Source of the DNA: a virus
IMG/VR virus record: IMGVR_UViG_3300045120_000051
Coordinates: 5,981-69,980 of that record
DNA length: 64,000 nucleotides
Strand: one strand, 5' to 3'
In this document: positions 1 through 9,279 of the stretch, piece after piece
Layout of the letters: each line of letters begins with the position of its first letter
How positions within the stretch are numbered: the first letter of the stretch is position 1
The notes under the pieces: model-generated
The model's input: only the letters and a program-made list of their open reading frames with translations
Told to the model about the DNA's origin: nothing
The model's database searches: none
Position numbers and translations under genes: made by a program

Positions 1-455
1 GTTTGCACCGGGTGCTCGGGCCACACCTCGCCGGACGAGTGGACAATCGTGAAGGCGTAGCGCACGGCCACGGCGCGATCCTCATCGAACATGGTGCGGT
101 CAATTTCAGTTTGGAACACGACGAGCCCGTGCCTCGCCATCAACGGCGTGAGGCGCTGCAAAATATCTTCCATCCTGGCGTAGTCGTAGCGGTGAAACTC
201 GTTCCTGCCATCCTTGCCGATGACGCCGATTTCGCTCATGACGGCACTAATCGCCTGAGCAATCTTGGCCACGCTGGTTTGGGGCAGTTGCGGGAATGGA
301 GCTATTGGCGCAACTGCTGGCAAAGGCCATTGTGCCACTATCGCCGGAGCCGTCACTGACGACGGGATATCCTGCACAGTGTTACCCATAACTGGGTAAC
401 CCGTAATGTTGTCAGGCGACGGGACGCGCGTTGCGGATTTCTGGTTCATGTTCAT
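1..455 (-). CDS. erf: ERF-family ssDNA annealing protein (runs off window start)
   Basis: Hand translation (absent from ORF track): ...KIAQAISAVMSEIGVIGKDGRNEFHRYDYARMEDILQRLTPLMARHGLVVFQ..., typical ERF N-terminal domain. ATG overlaps the upstream TAA (TAATG). Confidence 0.8.
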   Translation of the reverse strand, partial: MNMNQKSATRVPSPDNITGYPVMGNTVQDIPSSVTAPAIVAQWPLPAVAPIAPFPQLPQTSVAKIAQAISAVMSEIGVIGKDGRNEFHRYDYARMEDILQRLTPLMARHGLVVFQTEIDRTMFDEDRAVAVRYAFTIVHSSGEVWPEHPVQ

Positions 456-1336
456 TACCTCACATCTGCCTGATCTTCGACGGTTACGCCGGGGACTGTG
501 CGCCCTGCCTTGACTTCCTGTTGAGCGAGCTTGAGCAAGAGCACTTTCACTTCGGCATGGTTTTGAAAATACGCATAGAGCGCCTTATCGTCCGTAATGC
601 CGGTGACAACCTTGACCACCCCAATGTGGGCCGCCTTGCCGGTGGCACCCCTGATTTTGGTGACGGCTGGAGCCTTCTCGGCGGGGCGCGCCTTGAGTTT
701 CGTCGTCTCCCACTTGATCATCGCAGCGCGGATCGCGTCGGCCGCAGCCTTTGCGGCCTTCACGACGGGTTGCCATCTGGCATCGACATCCTTCGCGGCT
801 TGGAAGTGTGGAGCCTTCTCTTTTTCCCTCTTGGAATCGGCCTCATTGGACAGTTCGAGCAACCGCGAACGCAACGTCTGCGCCCGTGTTAGCGTGGCGT
901 CGTCGGTGATCTCGGCATAGGCTTCCGCACCGACCTTGGCGCTCTCGATCTGTTCGCGGATCAGTTCTAGGTCACTGATCGTTCCGCTGTTGTCGCCGAT
1001 GCCTCGGCCGTTAGTCTGTTCGTGGACCGTATCATCGATGTCGGACCATGAACCGCCGTCCTCCACCTTGCGGAATTCCGCCTCTGAGATTGGGTGTTGT
1101 ACGGCCCCCATCCATGCATCCGCAGCCTGGATGGCATTGACCTCGCGTCCATCAATCACGCCTCGGAGGAAGCCGTTCTCATCACGCCAGAACGCAGCGC
1201 CGACGTAGTGGTGCCTGCCTGATATCCTGTCCTTGCGGCGGATGCGGTAGTAGCCGCTCTCTACGTTGTCGATGCCCTCATGGATGGGCACCTTCTCGCC
1301 TGCAAGGCGCCGTTGCCAGTTAAGCCATTGATTCAT
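455..1336 (-). CDS. Hypothetical phage protein, coiled coil, Gp157-like C-terminus
   Basis: 293 aa ORF coupled to both neighbours; ends ...AGRTVPGVTVEDQADVR; lies in recombination module. Confidence 0.65.
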   Translation of the reverse strand: MNQWLNWQRRLAGEKVPIHEGIDNVESGYYRIRRKDRISGRHHYVGAAFWRDENGFLRGVIDGREVNAIQAADAWMGAVQHPISEAEFRKVEDGGSWSDIDDTVHEQTNGRGIGDNSGTISDLELIREQIESAKVGAEAYAEITDDATLTRAQTLRSRLLELSNEADSKREKEKAPHFQAAKDVDARWQPVVKAAKAAADAIRAAMIKWETTKLKARPAEKAPAVTKIRGATGKAAHIGVVKVVTGITDDKALYAYFQNHAEVKVLLLKLAQQEVKAGRTVPGVTVEDQADVR

Positions 1337-1659
1337 GATGCCACCCTCGTCTCATGCTCAACCGTCCAATCTGTGCCGACATAGTGAGATCGATTTCCGA
1401 AAGTACCATTCTTTAATTTTGTGACGCCATGAACGGACACTGAGAAGTCGAGGGTGTCTTGCCATGACCAGACATCGGCCTTGGTGATTTTGTATAGATG
1501 CCCATTCTTATCTTTAACGATGCTGCCTATCGCGACTCCGCATTCTGCAAGACAATGGTCGCGCAGGGCTGCTTGTGCGATATCTAATTTTTCTTTTGCC
1601 GCTTCGCATTCGGCCTTAGCTGCCTCAATCCTTTGCTTCAGTTCCAAGAAGCCCATCAC
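1333..1659 (-). CDS. Hypothetical protein
   Basis: 108 aa, RBS GGAG upstream, ATGA overlap with next gene. Confidence 0.65.
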   Translation of the reverse strand: MMGFLELKQRIEAAKAECEAAKEKLDIAQAALRDHCLAECGVAIGSIVKDKNGHLYKITKADVWSWQDTLDFSVSVHGVTKLKNGTFGNRSHYVGTDWTVEHETRVAS

Positions 1660-1699
1660 ACTGTCTCCGTTTCTCTATCGAGAAGGTCTGCGGTTTCGA

Positions 1700-1936
1700 C
1701 TAAATCCTATCCTGATTTCTAAGTTCATCGTCCTCGGCGCATTCCATCATTTCGTTGTGCAGGCGCTCTAGGTCTTGAATCGCATCGATCTCGGTGGCAC
1801 CAAATCCAACCATGTGTCGGTTGGCTGAATCCTCCGCGCCGTCGTAGTCGTCGTAGGTGGCGGACCAGTCGTATCCGCGTATCGGGATGGGCTTGGCCCA
1901 ATAGTGGGTGTTGATCACTCGCATGGGTTCCACCAA
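1700..1936 (-). CDS. Hypothetical protein
   Basis: ORF in leftward operon. Confidence 0.55.
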   Translation of the reverse strand: MVEPMRVINTHYWAKPIPIRGYDWSATYDDYDGAEDSANRHMVGFGATEIDAIQDLERLHNEMMECAEDDELRNQDRI

Positions 1937-2100
1937 TCCTCGCGGTCAGCAGCGGCTTCCATCCGGTCCAGATCGAGCGGGTCGCCCTGGTCGCCGACGA
2001 CAAACCCAAGGGCACGCAGTCTGCCAAACAGCACGTCATCCGGGATTGCGGCCATGGCATCGCTGAGTTCCGCGAGCGTTGGGATTTTTGGCTCAGTCAT
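1915..2100 (-). CDS. Hypothetical protein
   Basis: 61 aa, RBS GGAGG upstream. Confidence 0.55.
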   Translation of the reverse strand: MTEPKIPTLAELSDAMAAIPDDVLFGRLRALGFVVGDQGDPLDLDRMEAAADREDWWNPCE

Positions 2101-2205
2101 CTCACCCTCCTGCCATCACGAGAACAGCCACGCACACCATTGCAACGGCAGCGCATACGAATTGGGCTGCGATCCAGTAGATTTCTGTGCGGTCGTCGGT
2201 CATGT

Positions 2206-2424
2206 TTACCTCCATGCCACGACGGCGGTGATGTCCTCGCCGTAGTAGGCGAGCGAGGACGGCCCGTAGGTCATGCAATCGCTGACGCGACCGCCACGAC
2301 CACCTTTGGCCAGTTTCTTTGCGAGTTGCATCGCAATGATCTTGTTAGACATCGTTGCAATCTGCTGCGTGCAGATGCCGCGGGCCTCATCGTCCCAAAC
2401 AGTTGTGATGGTGTAGGTGGTCAT
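2206..2424 (-). CDS. Hypothetical protein, first gene of leftward operon
   Basis: 72 aa, purine-rich RBS, downstream of leftward TTGACA. Confidence 0.55.
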   Translation of the reverse strand: MTTYTITTVWDDEARGICTQQIATMSNKIIAMQLAKKLAKGGRGGRVSDCMTYGPSSLAYYGEDITAVVAWR

Positions 2425-2454
2425 TTCGTCCGCCCCTTGTTCGGTTGCGTCGCA

Positions 2455-2520
2455 GGTGTGTTATGGGCGCATTGACAGGCGGTGTCAATACGCATATACG
2501 CATATTTGTGAATTAAATTC
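2455..2520. promoter_or_regulatory. Divergent promoter/operator switch
   Basis: Palindrome ATTGACA-ggcgg-TGTCAAT gives a TTGACA on each strand; tandem TACGCATA repeats follow; sits at the strand switch. Confidence 0.7.
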
Positions 2521-2533
2521 TGGAGACAAACGA

Positions 2534-2737
2534 ATGCGCTATTTTTGCAACAGTGACCTAGTGAAACTGGCCCGCCAGGAAATCGGGGATGGAACCCAGA
2601 AGGAATGGGCAAAACGGAAGGGTGTATCAGTGCCGTACCTGTGCGACTTTCTGAACGGTCGCATCGAGGCTGGCCCCATGATTCTGAGGGCCTTGGGCTT
2701 TCACGTTAGGCCATTTTACAAGAGGGTAGAGAAATGA
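2534..2737 (+). CDS. Cro/XRE-like HTH regulator
   Basis: TQKEWAKRKGVSVPYLCDFLNGR helix-turn-helix; RBS GGAG; first rightward gene. Confidence 0.75.
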   Translation: MRYFCNSDLVKLARQEIGDGTQKEWAKRKGVSVPYLCDFLNGRIEAGPMILRALGFHVRPFYKRVEK

Positions 2738-3192
2738 ACAAATTCACCTGGACCCCCGAAAATCTAGCCTATGCCGTTGAGCAATGGGCACAAGGCGCGA
2801 CCTCAACGCTGATCGCCGCTGCCATTGGCACCACCCGCAATTCGGTAATCGGAAAGCTGAAGCGCGTGGGTGCCGTGCCAGCGCACCGCATCACGTTGCC
2901 GGTGGCGAGGGCTACCAAGGCAGCCGAGGCACCCCAAAACGCTCCCACGGTCACCCCTGTTACGCCTAAGGCCCCTCGCAGGGTTAGGGTGTCCAGGCCC
3001 AAGACCCTGCTGAAGTTGAGGTTTGCCACGGAGCACCGCCGCGCCGACTGCCGTTGGCCGCTCGGGAACTGGGCGTTTGGCAAGAATCTGCACAACGACC
3101 CCCCTGCCACGCTGTTCTGCGGAGCGCCTGCGGAGATGGGGAAATCGTGGTGTACGGCCCACTGCCAGCAAGCATTCCAACGTCGGAGATGA
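2734..3192 (+). CDS. gcrA: GcrA-family cell-cycle regulator homolog
   Basis: N-terminal WT...W.QG.TS..IA..IG.TRNSVIGK..R and C-terminal CRWPLG...FCG......SWC.AH...AFQ motifs. Confidence 0.9.
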   Translation: MNKFTWTPENLAYAVEQWAQGATSTLIAAAIGTTRNSVIGKLKRVGAVPAHRITLPVARATKAAEAPQNAPTVTPVTPKAPRRVRVSRPKTLLKLRFATEHRRADCRWPLGNWAFGKNLHNDPPATLFCGAPAEMGKSWCTAHCQQAFQRRR

Positions 3193-3449
3193 ACATGAAA
3201 ACGACCTACGATGTCGAAGTCCGTGCGCAGTGTCCCGTAAATCCGAGCGACACCGACGTGTATCACTTCACGATTGAGGCAGAATCCATGATCGAGGTCG
3301 AGAAGATCACGGCGTTTTTCGCCGACAACTCCGGTCTGAAAAACATCTTTCAGGAGACACTGACAAACAAGTGCGCCGTCACGCTCGGGGCCAAGGTCAA
3401 GAGCGTCGGGTGGCACTCAGGAGTCAAGGTAACATGCGAGGCACCGTGA
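3189..3449 (+). CDS. Small QueF-like (T-fold) protein
   Basis: CPVN..D.D.Y..TIE and FQE.LT resemble QueF Cys/Asp/Glu motifs; close to DpdA-like gene. Confidence 0.5.
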   Translation: MNMKTTYDVEVRAQCPVNPSDTDVYHFTIEAESMIEVEKITAFFADNSGLKNIFQETLTNKCAVTLGAKVKSVGWHSGVKVTCEAP

Positions 3450-3450
3450 A

Positions 3451-3645
3451 ATGAAAACCTACAGTCTTGAACAGGGCATTATGAACCCCCGTGACAAAAC
3501 TTTGAACTGGCAGACCTATGATGTTTACGAAACCTTGGAACAAGCCAAAAGGGAAGCCAAGAAAAGTCCAAGGTGTTTTTGGCGAGTCATTGAATCTACT
3601 GTTGTCTGGGAACACCGCGACACAATGGGCATCAAGGTCGTATAG
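3451..3645 (+). CDS. Hypothetical protein
   Basis: 64 aa ORF in operon. Confidence 0.5.
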   Translation: MKTYSLEQGIMNPRDKTLNWQTYDVYETLEQAKREAKKSPRCFWRVIESTVVWEHRDTMGIKVV

Positions 3646-3712
3646 CGGAGCCGACATATGGACAAGTTCAACGCCATGAAAACTTCACGGCAGAAAGTCC
3701 GTCAAAGGGACC

Positions 3713-4327
3713 ATGATTTACTTGAGCGGGTGCATCCGTCACGACGTGAGCCATCCGATGCTGGGATTTATTCACGTCCCCCGACGCCGTGAGGCATTGC
3801 CTGATGGGTGCATCTGGGCCGCCGATAATGGCAGGTTCAGTGCCCCATGGGAGTACACCGATGAAGCCTACTTACGATGGCTGGGGAGCCAAGATAGGGA
3901 ACGCTGCCTTTTTGCGACGGCACCGGATGTTCTGGCCGACCATATGGCGACTGTCGAACTTTCAAGACCATTATTCCCGCACCTTCGCGCTCTCGGCTAT
4001 CGCGCGGCTTTCGTCGCCCAAGATGGATGGCAGGATGCGACCACGCCGTGGGACGAGTTCGACGTGCTGTTCTTAGGCGGGACTACCTCGTTCAAATTAG
4101 GTGTTGGAGCCAATGCTATCGCCTCGGCACAGGCGCGAGGAAAGGCAACGCACATGGGCAGAGTCAACAGTTTCACACGACTGCGTGTAGCCGCTGCGAT
4201 GGGATGTGACAGTGCTGATGGTACATACCTTAAATTTGGCCCCGACATCAACACGCCAAAGATGCTGGCTTGGCTTGACCGACTGCAAGTCAACGAGATG
4301 CTTCCGTTTCATGCGAGGACGTTATGA
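3713..4327 (+). CDS. DpdA/TGT-like DNA transglycosylase
   Basis: TGT-barrel motifs in order: DNGRF, APDV, VAQDG, FLGG, HMGRVN, DSADGT. Confidence 0.7.
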   Translation: MIYLSGCIRHDVSHPMLGFIHVPRRREALPDGCIWAADNGRFSAPWEYTDEAYLRWLGSQDRERCLFATAPDVLADHMATVELSRPLFPHLRALGYRAAFVAQDGWQDATTPWDEFDVLFLGGTTSFKLGVGANAIASAQARGKATHMGRVNSFTRLRVAAAMGCDSADGTYLKFGPDINTPKMLAWLDRLQVNEMLPFHARTL

Positions 4328-4563
4328 ACGAACGCGACAAACGGATTCTGGCTATGGCTACCACCAAATCTAACGGCATGATCGCAAACGAACTCGAAGT
4401 TAGCCGTTCTGTCGTCTCAGGGGTCATATTCCGCAACCGCTACTCGCAGAAAGACCGAGGACCAAAAAATACAGTTGGATGGGGAAACCAAGGCCCCGGC
4501 AAGTGGGCCAAGGAACACTACAAAACAGGACCGAAAACTGGAGAGCAACTTGATGGACAATGA
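4324..4563 (+). CDS. Small HTH protein resembling the GcrA N-terminus
   Basis: IANELEVSRSVVSGVIFR. Confidence 0.55.
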   Translation: MNERDKRILAMATTKSNGMIANELEVSRSVVSGVIFRNRYSQKDRGPKNTVGWGNQGPGKWAKEHYKTGPKTGEQLDGQ

Positions 4564-4741
4564 CAACTACGAGATGGTGATCACGCTGGACGCCAAGACC
4601 GTGCAGCGGCTGGCTCAGGTCGGTCGATACCTTGGCGGCGTACATCCTAGGAAAATTGCCGAGAAATTGTTGCGGGACGTGTTAAATGATGACGCAATGA
4701 TCGAGGCTTGCTTGACGCAGTCCACCACCCGCCTGAATTAA
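4553..4741 (+). CDS. Hypothetical, possible ribbon-helix-helix
   Basis: MVITLDAKTVQRLAQV...IAEKLLRDVL pattern. Confidence 0.45.
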   Translation: MDNDNYEMVITLDAKTVQRLAQVGRYLGGVHPRKIAEKLLRDVLNDDAMIEACLTQSTTRLN

Positions 4742-4769
4742 CGCATCAAATCGAAGGGAGAAAATTAAC

Positions 4770-5150
4770 ATGGCTCGACCGAGGAAAGAGGCGTCCTACA
4801 ATTTGACACCGGCAAAAGACCTCAAGGCCCTGCTGAGAGCCGGCCAGAGGAACGATGTCGAAACCAACGCCCTGAATTCGTTGCTGAAGGACAAAATTGC
4901 TGATGCTGTCGCCAATAAGGGCTTGCACCGGAAAGCATTTTCCAATGCCCGTGCTCTCGACAAGCTGGAGCCGGAAGAGTTGAACGCCTTTTTCCGGAAT
5001 TTCGACCATTACTGCGAGGTTTTCGGGCTGCGCACGAGGGCCGACTCGGCACCTGCGCTTGAGATGCCGGAACCGGAGCCCGCACCTGAACGTGACAATG
5101 TGTCGCAGATCGGCCGTGGCCGCCGACGAGAATTGGCCGACGTGGGGTAG
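4770..5150 (+). CDS. GapR/DUF2312-like DNA-binding protein (divergent)
   Basis: Helical pattern LK.LL...K..IADA...G...KA......L.KL...E.......D.Y...FG mirrors GapR. Confidence 0.55.
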   Translation: MARPRKEASYNLTPAKDLKALLRAGQRNDVETNALNSLLKDKIADAVANKGLHRKAFSNARALDKLEPEELNAFFRNFDHYCEVFGLRTRADSAPALEMPEPEPAPERDNVSQIGRGRRRELADVG

Positions 5151-5156
5151 GCGTGA

Positions 5157-5607
5157 ATGTCCCGCAAGTTCGAACTTGTGCGCCTGACCCTTGCTGAGGC
5201 CAACGCCTTCGTGCGTGCCCATCACCGGCACCATAAACCTGTGATTGGGCACGTATTCTCCATCGGCGCTGCGCTGGACGACAATGTCGTCGGTATATCC
5301 ATCATCGGCCGACCCGTTTCTCGTCATCGGGACGACGGGGTGACGGCGGAGATTACGCGCCTCTGTACGGACGGAACCAAAGATGCGCCATCGTTCCTGT
5401 ACGGTGCCAGTGCTCGAGCAGCGTTTGCATTAGGATTCAAGAGGATAGGAACATACATCCTCGCAACTGAACCGGGGGACATCCCTGACAGCCGCAGGAT
5501 GGAGATGTCTTGGAGAACGCGGCGGCGGATCATGGTCTGTGCCTAGCCGACCGCGCGTCGATAAACATCCAACACAGACTAAGTTGTTGTTCGAAGTAGC
5601 CTTATGA
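5157..5607 (+). pseudogene. XF1762-family (Mom-like GNAT) gene with +1 frameshift at G5 run 5474-5478
   Basis: EANAFV..HHRHH, GRPVSR..DDG.T.EITRLCTDGT, SFLYGA motifs. The family C-terminus TSLTAAGW...GGSWSVPSRPRVDKHPTQ lies in another frame whose stop overlaps the rusA ATG. Confidence 0.75.
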
Positions 5608-6134
5608 GCCTCTTGGACCTCATCGAGCAGGGCGATACAGAAGCGGTTGCCCCGCTCCTTGTGGTCACCATGTCGGGGGCCCCAATCGGCAAGGGCAGGC
5701 CCCGTTCCCGCATCGTTCGCCCCCGCAATGGCCCCCAATTCGTCAGTGTCTACACGGATGCCTCTACGAGGGCCTACGAGGCCCGCCTACGCGCTGCCGC
5801 GCTCCGGGCCATGCGAGGCCAGCCGCCGCTGGAAGGGCCACTGGCGGTCACCGTATGGGCTTACGTGGTCATTCCAGAGAGTTGGTCGCTCAAGAGGCAG
5901 AACGCCGTGGTGGGAGGCTATGCGCCCGGTCGTCCCGATCAGGACAATATCCATAAGCTGGTGCTCGATTCCTTCAATAGTTCCAAGAAAATGGGTCCCG
6001 GTGTCTGGCGTGACGACGCCCAAATCGTGGACGGCAGGACGATCAAGCTCTACGCCCGGCGCCGGCCTGGGCTCATCATCGAGGTCCGGCGTGCCGGCAC
6101 TCCGCCGACGCCATGGGCGGAGGATTATATATGA
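5604..6134 (+). CDS. rusA: RusA-family Holliday junction resolvase
   Basis: KGRPR, RPD.DN..K.VLD..N, G.W.DDAQIV motifs. Confidence 0.9.
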   Translation: MSLLDLIEQGDTEAVAPLLVVTMSGAPIGKGRPRSRIVRPRNGPQFVSVYTDASTRAYEARLRAAALRAMRGQPPLEGPLAVTVWAYVVIPESWSLKRQNAVVGGYAPGRPDQDNIHKLVLDSFNSSKKMGPGVWRDDAQIVDGRTIKLYARRRPGLIIEVRRAGTPPTPWAEDYI

Positions 6135-6331
6135 CCAGAGATCGCCGCGCAGGAACGACCACCAAGCAAGCGAAATTGCGCCGTGATGTGGCATTGGCGC
6201 GGAACGATTTCCGCTACCCTTCCGTGGAGCGGGAGGCCCCGGCAGGGGTAACGTCGATGCCTGTCAAGGCGGTGGATGCCGCTACCCGGAGGCTGATTGA
6301 CGAGGCGCTGGCGAGGATAAATGGCCGGTGA
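6131..6331 (+). CDS. Hypothetical protein
   Basis: ATGA overlap, RBS GGAGG. Confidence 0.55.
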   Translation: MTRDRRAGTTTKQAKLRRDVALARNDFRYPSVEREAPAGVTSMPVKAVDAATRRLIDEALARINGR

Positions 6332-6497
6332 CGCTACCCCTAGCGTCATCGAAATAAACCCTACCACATCTAGGGACTTGCACTTCTGCGTGTGAAGGCG
6401 CATAAACAGAAACCCCCGCCAATGAAGGCAGGGGTTCCGTTTGGGTCACCCGTTGAGGGACGGGTTCCGCAGGCGGACCACGGTGTATGAGGCACCA

Positions 6498-6791
6498 ATG
6501 GCTACCCACCAAATAGACAATATCCCAAGTTCGCGCAAGACCTCTGCCGGTCGCCGCCATGAACTGCGCCTGCCTACGGCAATCCACATCACTGAAGCCC
6601 GCAAGATCGCCGAAAGGATCGGCGCGGACCAAGTGATGGTGATTGCCTTCAGCCGGGACCATTATGCGGCAGTGAGTTACGGCAAGACCAAGGCTCTGTG
6701 CGCTGATGCTGGAAAATGGCTAGATCGAATCTGCGATAATTTGGCTGACGGCACGCTGCCGGCGCCAACGAAGTCTGTAGCGTCTGAGTAG
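6498..6791 (+). CDS. Hypothetical protein
   Basis: ATG with GAGG RBS, followed by terminator-like hairpin. Confidence 0.55.
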   Translation: MATHQIDNIPSSRKTSAGRRHELRLPTAIHITEARKIAERIGADQVMVIAFSRDHYAAVSYGKTKALCADAGKWLDRICDNLADGTLPAPTKSVASE

Positions 6792-6830
6792 ACGGGCTGC
6801 CAGCAACCGCTGGTGGCCCGTTTTGTTTGT
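6792..6830 (+). terminator. Rho-independent terminator
   Basis: ACGGGCTGCCAGC-aacc-GCTGGTGGCCCGT stem then TTTGTTTGT. Confidence 0.65.
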
Positions 6831-7160
6831 GCGGTCGCCTCTATTTTGCAAGGACGACCGAAGTTGGCCGCCGATATGAGGGGAAATTCTCATATTGGCG
6901 GCCAGCGACCCACCGGGTGATCAACCGGACGGGACTAGGGGATCGCAGACGTAGCCGGGAACCCCACCCGGCGCGACCGGCGAAGCTATGACACCATGCC
7001 AGAGTGCCGATTTCCCCTCTTTCTTTCTTACTAACTGACTCTCTACCAAGTTGAGGGTCATCAAAGAAAACAAGTTCCTTTCTCGGAAGTCCTCTTTACT
7101 GAGCCGCGCGCGAGTAGGCCGGTTCCGACGCAACGGTAGCAGACGACAGGAGTACAACCA

Positions 7161-8657
7161 GTGATAAGCGAGTTGCGTGATTACCAAGTCAGCCTCATGA
7201 CCGCGCTGCGTCAGACGATAGCGCAGAGGGTGTTGCGGGTGGTGGTCCAATCCCCGACCGGGTCCGGCAAGACGGCCTGCGCGGCGGCTATCGTTGACGG
7301 TGCCCTCCAGAAGGGCAACCGGGTTGCGTTCGTCGTGCCTTATTTGTCACTGATAGATCAGGCGCAGGCCATGTTTTATTACGAGGGGATCACCGACGTT
7401 GGAATCATCCAAGGGCAGCATCAGGCAACCGATTGGAGCAAGCCGGTCCAAATCTGTAGCGCGCAGACCCTTGAACGCCGTGAGCGGTTTCCAGAGGCGC
7501 ATGTTGTCATCATTGACGAATGCCATCTGCTTCGCAAACACCACATCACTTGGCTGAAGCACCCCGACTGGCAAAAGGTCCCATTCATTGGATTGTCCGC
7601 TACGCCGTTCACCAAGGGGCTCGGCAAGTATTTTGAGACGATGCTGATTGCTGCGACGACGCAAGAATTGATCGACAAGAAATACCTGTCGCCGTTCCGC
7701 TGTTTTGCGTCGGGACATCCAGACTTGTCGAATGTCAAAATCGTGAGCGGGGAATATCAGAAGGACCAATTATCAGGAGCGATGCAAGAGGGAACGTTGA
7801 CGGCTGACATCGTGAGCACATGGAGGGACAAATGGGGTCAGGACAAGACGCTCTGCTTCGGTGTGGATCGGGCGCATGCAAAGAATATACAGGAGCGTTT
7901 CACGGAAGCTGGTATCAGTTGTGCCTATCAGGATGCGAACACTCCGCCCTCAGAGCGCGCCGAGATCAAGCGCAAGTTTCACAATGGGGAATATCGGGTT
8001 ATCTCGAATGTTGACACGCTGAGCGTTGGTGTAGATTTTGACGTGCGGTGTCTGATTTTGGCGCGGCCCACCCGGAGCGAATCAAGGTATGTGCAGATTG
8101 TCGGTCGCGCTCTGCGCACGGCACCGGGAAAAGATGCGGCACTGATTTTGGACCACAGTGACACGACGCAGAGGCTCGGATTCGTGACTGACATTTATCA
8201 CGACCGCCTCGATGATGGAAAACCTAAGCAGGCTATCGAGCGTAAGCCACGCCTTCCGAAAGCATGTCCGCAATGCACGGCGCTGCGTCCCGCAGGCGTC
8301 TCCAAATGTCCGGCATGTGGATTTGAGGCGGTGCGCGTCAATGGACATTTTGAACTGGACGGCGAGCTTGTCGAGATTGCGCCGGGAAATTCGCTAAAGA
8401 GAAAGGGTGCCAAGCGTGAATATACGATGGCGGAAAAGTCTACATTCCTTGCAGAGTTGAAGGCATACGGCATTTCGAAGCAATACAAGCCCGGATGGGC
8501 ATCGCGAAAGTATCAGGAAAAGTTCGAGGCATGGCCGCATTGGTCGATCAAGGACGTTGCGCCCGCTCCCTACCCGTCGTCGGCTACGATGATGTTCATA
8601 AAGTCTCGGCAAATCGCGTGGGCAAAGTCTAAGCGGAACGAAGTTCATGCGCAGTAA
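7161..8657 (+). CDS. SF2 DEAD/DEAH-like helicase (RadD/YejH/UvsW type) with Zn finger
   Basis: SPTGSGKT, DECH, SAT, GVD, QIVGRALR; CPQC...CPACG. Confidence 0.92.
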   Translation: MISELRDYQVSLMTALRQTIAQRVLRVVVQSPTGSGKTACAAAIVDGALQKGNRVAFVVPYLSLIDQAQAMFYYEGITDVGIIQGQHQATDWSKPVQICSAQTLERRERFPEAHVVIIDECHLLRKHHITWLKHPDWQKVPFIGLSATPFTKGLGKYFETMLIAATTQELIDKKYLSPFRCFASGHPDLSNVKIVSGEYQKDQLSGAMQEGTLTADIVSTWRDKWGQDKTLCFGVDRAHAKNIQERFTEAGISCAYQDANTPPSERAEIKRKFHNGEYRVISNVDTLSVGVDFDVRCLILARPTRSESRYVQIVGRALRTAPGKDAALILDHSDTTQRLGFVTDIYHDRLDDGKPKQAIERKPRLPKACPQCTALRPAGVSKCPACGFEAVRVNGHFELDGELVEIAPGNSLKRKGAKREYTMAEKSTFLAELKAYGISKQYKPGWASRKYQEKFEAWPHWSIKDVAPAPYPSSATMMFIKSRQIAWAKSKRNEVHAQ

Positions 8658-8928
8658 ACACCTCGATAGCCTGCTGTTTGCAATCGGCGTTCACGGTCCT
8701 ACGGTGGCATTCGAGCATTTGTCGTACATTCGGCGGCTGCGGACGACCGACAAGGATGCATTCCACGAGGTCAAGATGACGCTGATCGAGGCCGGAATGG
8801 AGCATGGCGACGTCATGGAAATGGTTCTCGGCCGTCACCCGCTCGGCTGCGCCTGCTGGCGGTGTGTCCTGATGCTGCACACACAGGCGCTACGGCACCA
8901 CGTAAGGCTCAATCAGGGAGGGGTTTGA
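8647..8928 (+). CDS. Hypothetical protein
   Basis: Operon-coupled ORF. Confidence 0.5.
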   Translation: MRSKHLDSLLFAIGVHGPTVAFEHLSYIRRLRTTDKDAFHEVKMTLIEAGMEHGDVMEMVLGRHPLGCACWRCVLMLHTQALRHHVRLNQGGV

Positions 8929-9137
8929 TGGACGATATCCTGCAAGCCGAATCGATATCCTGCGAACTGTGCGAACATAGCTCCGCGGTGCATGTCTGCC
9001 TGCACGATGGAGACGGGGAGATTTTCGCTGTGGCGCACGTCCCGGCGTCGAGCGGCAAGGAATTCCTCGCGCAGTTCAGGGCGTGCCTGAAGGCGACAGG
9101 GGAGATGACGACAGCGCCATCCGACTGGGTGCAGTGA
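8928..9137 (+). CDS. Hypothetical protein (CxxC)
   Basis: TGATG coupling, RBS GGAGG. Confidence 0.55.
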   Translation: MDDILQAESISCELCEHSSAVHVCLHDGDGEIFAVAHVPASSGKEFLAQFRACLKATGEMTTAPSDWVQ

Positions 9138-9279
9138 TGCTCACCCCTGACCACATCGCCCGCAGTGACAACCTCCGCCTCGCGCACGATCTTTAGGCGA
9201 CTGCCGCCGCATTGAAACTTGCCGATGCCTTTGCCAATGGCGCGGCGATTGATTTTGTCACAACCAGTGGAGTGTTACC

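Noticed and set aside
3-359. + strand 118-aa ORF
   Set aside because: Antisense to the ERF-like gene.
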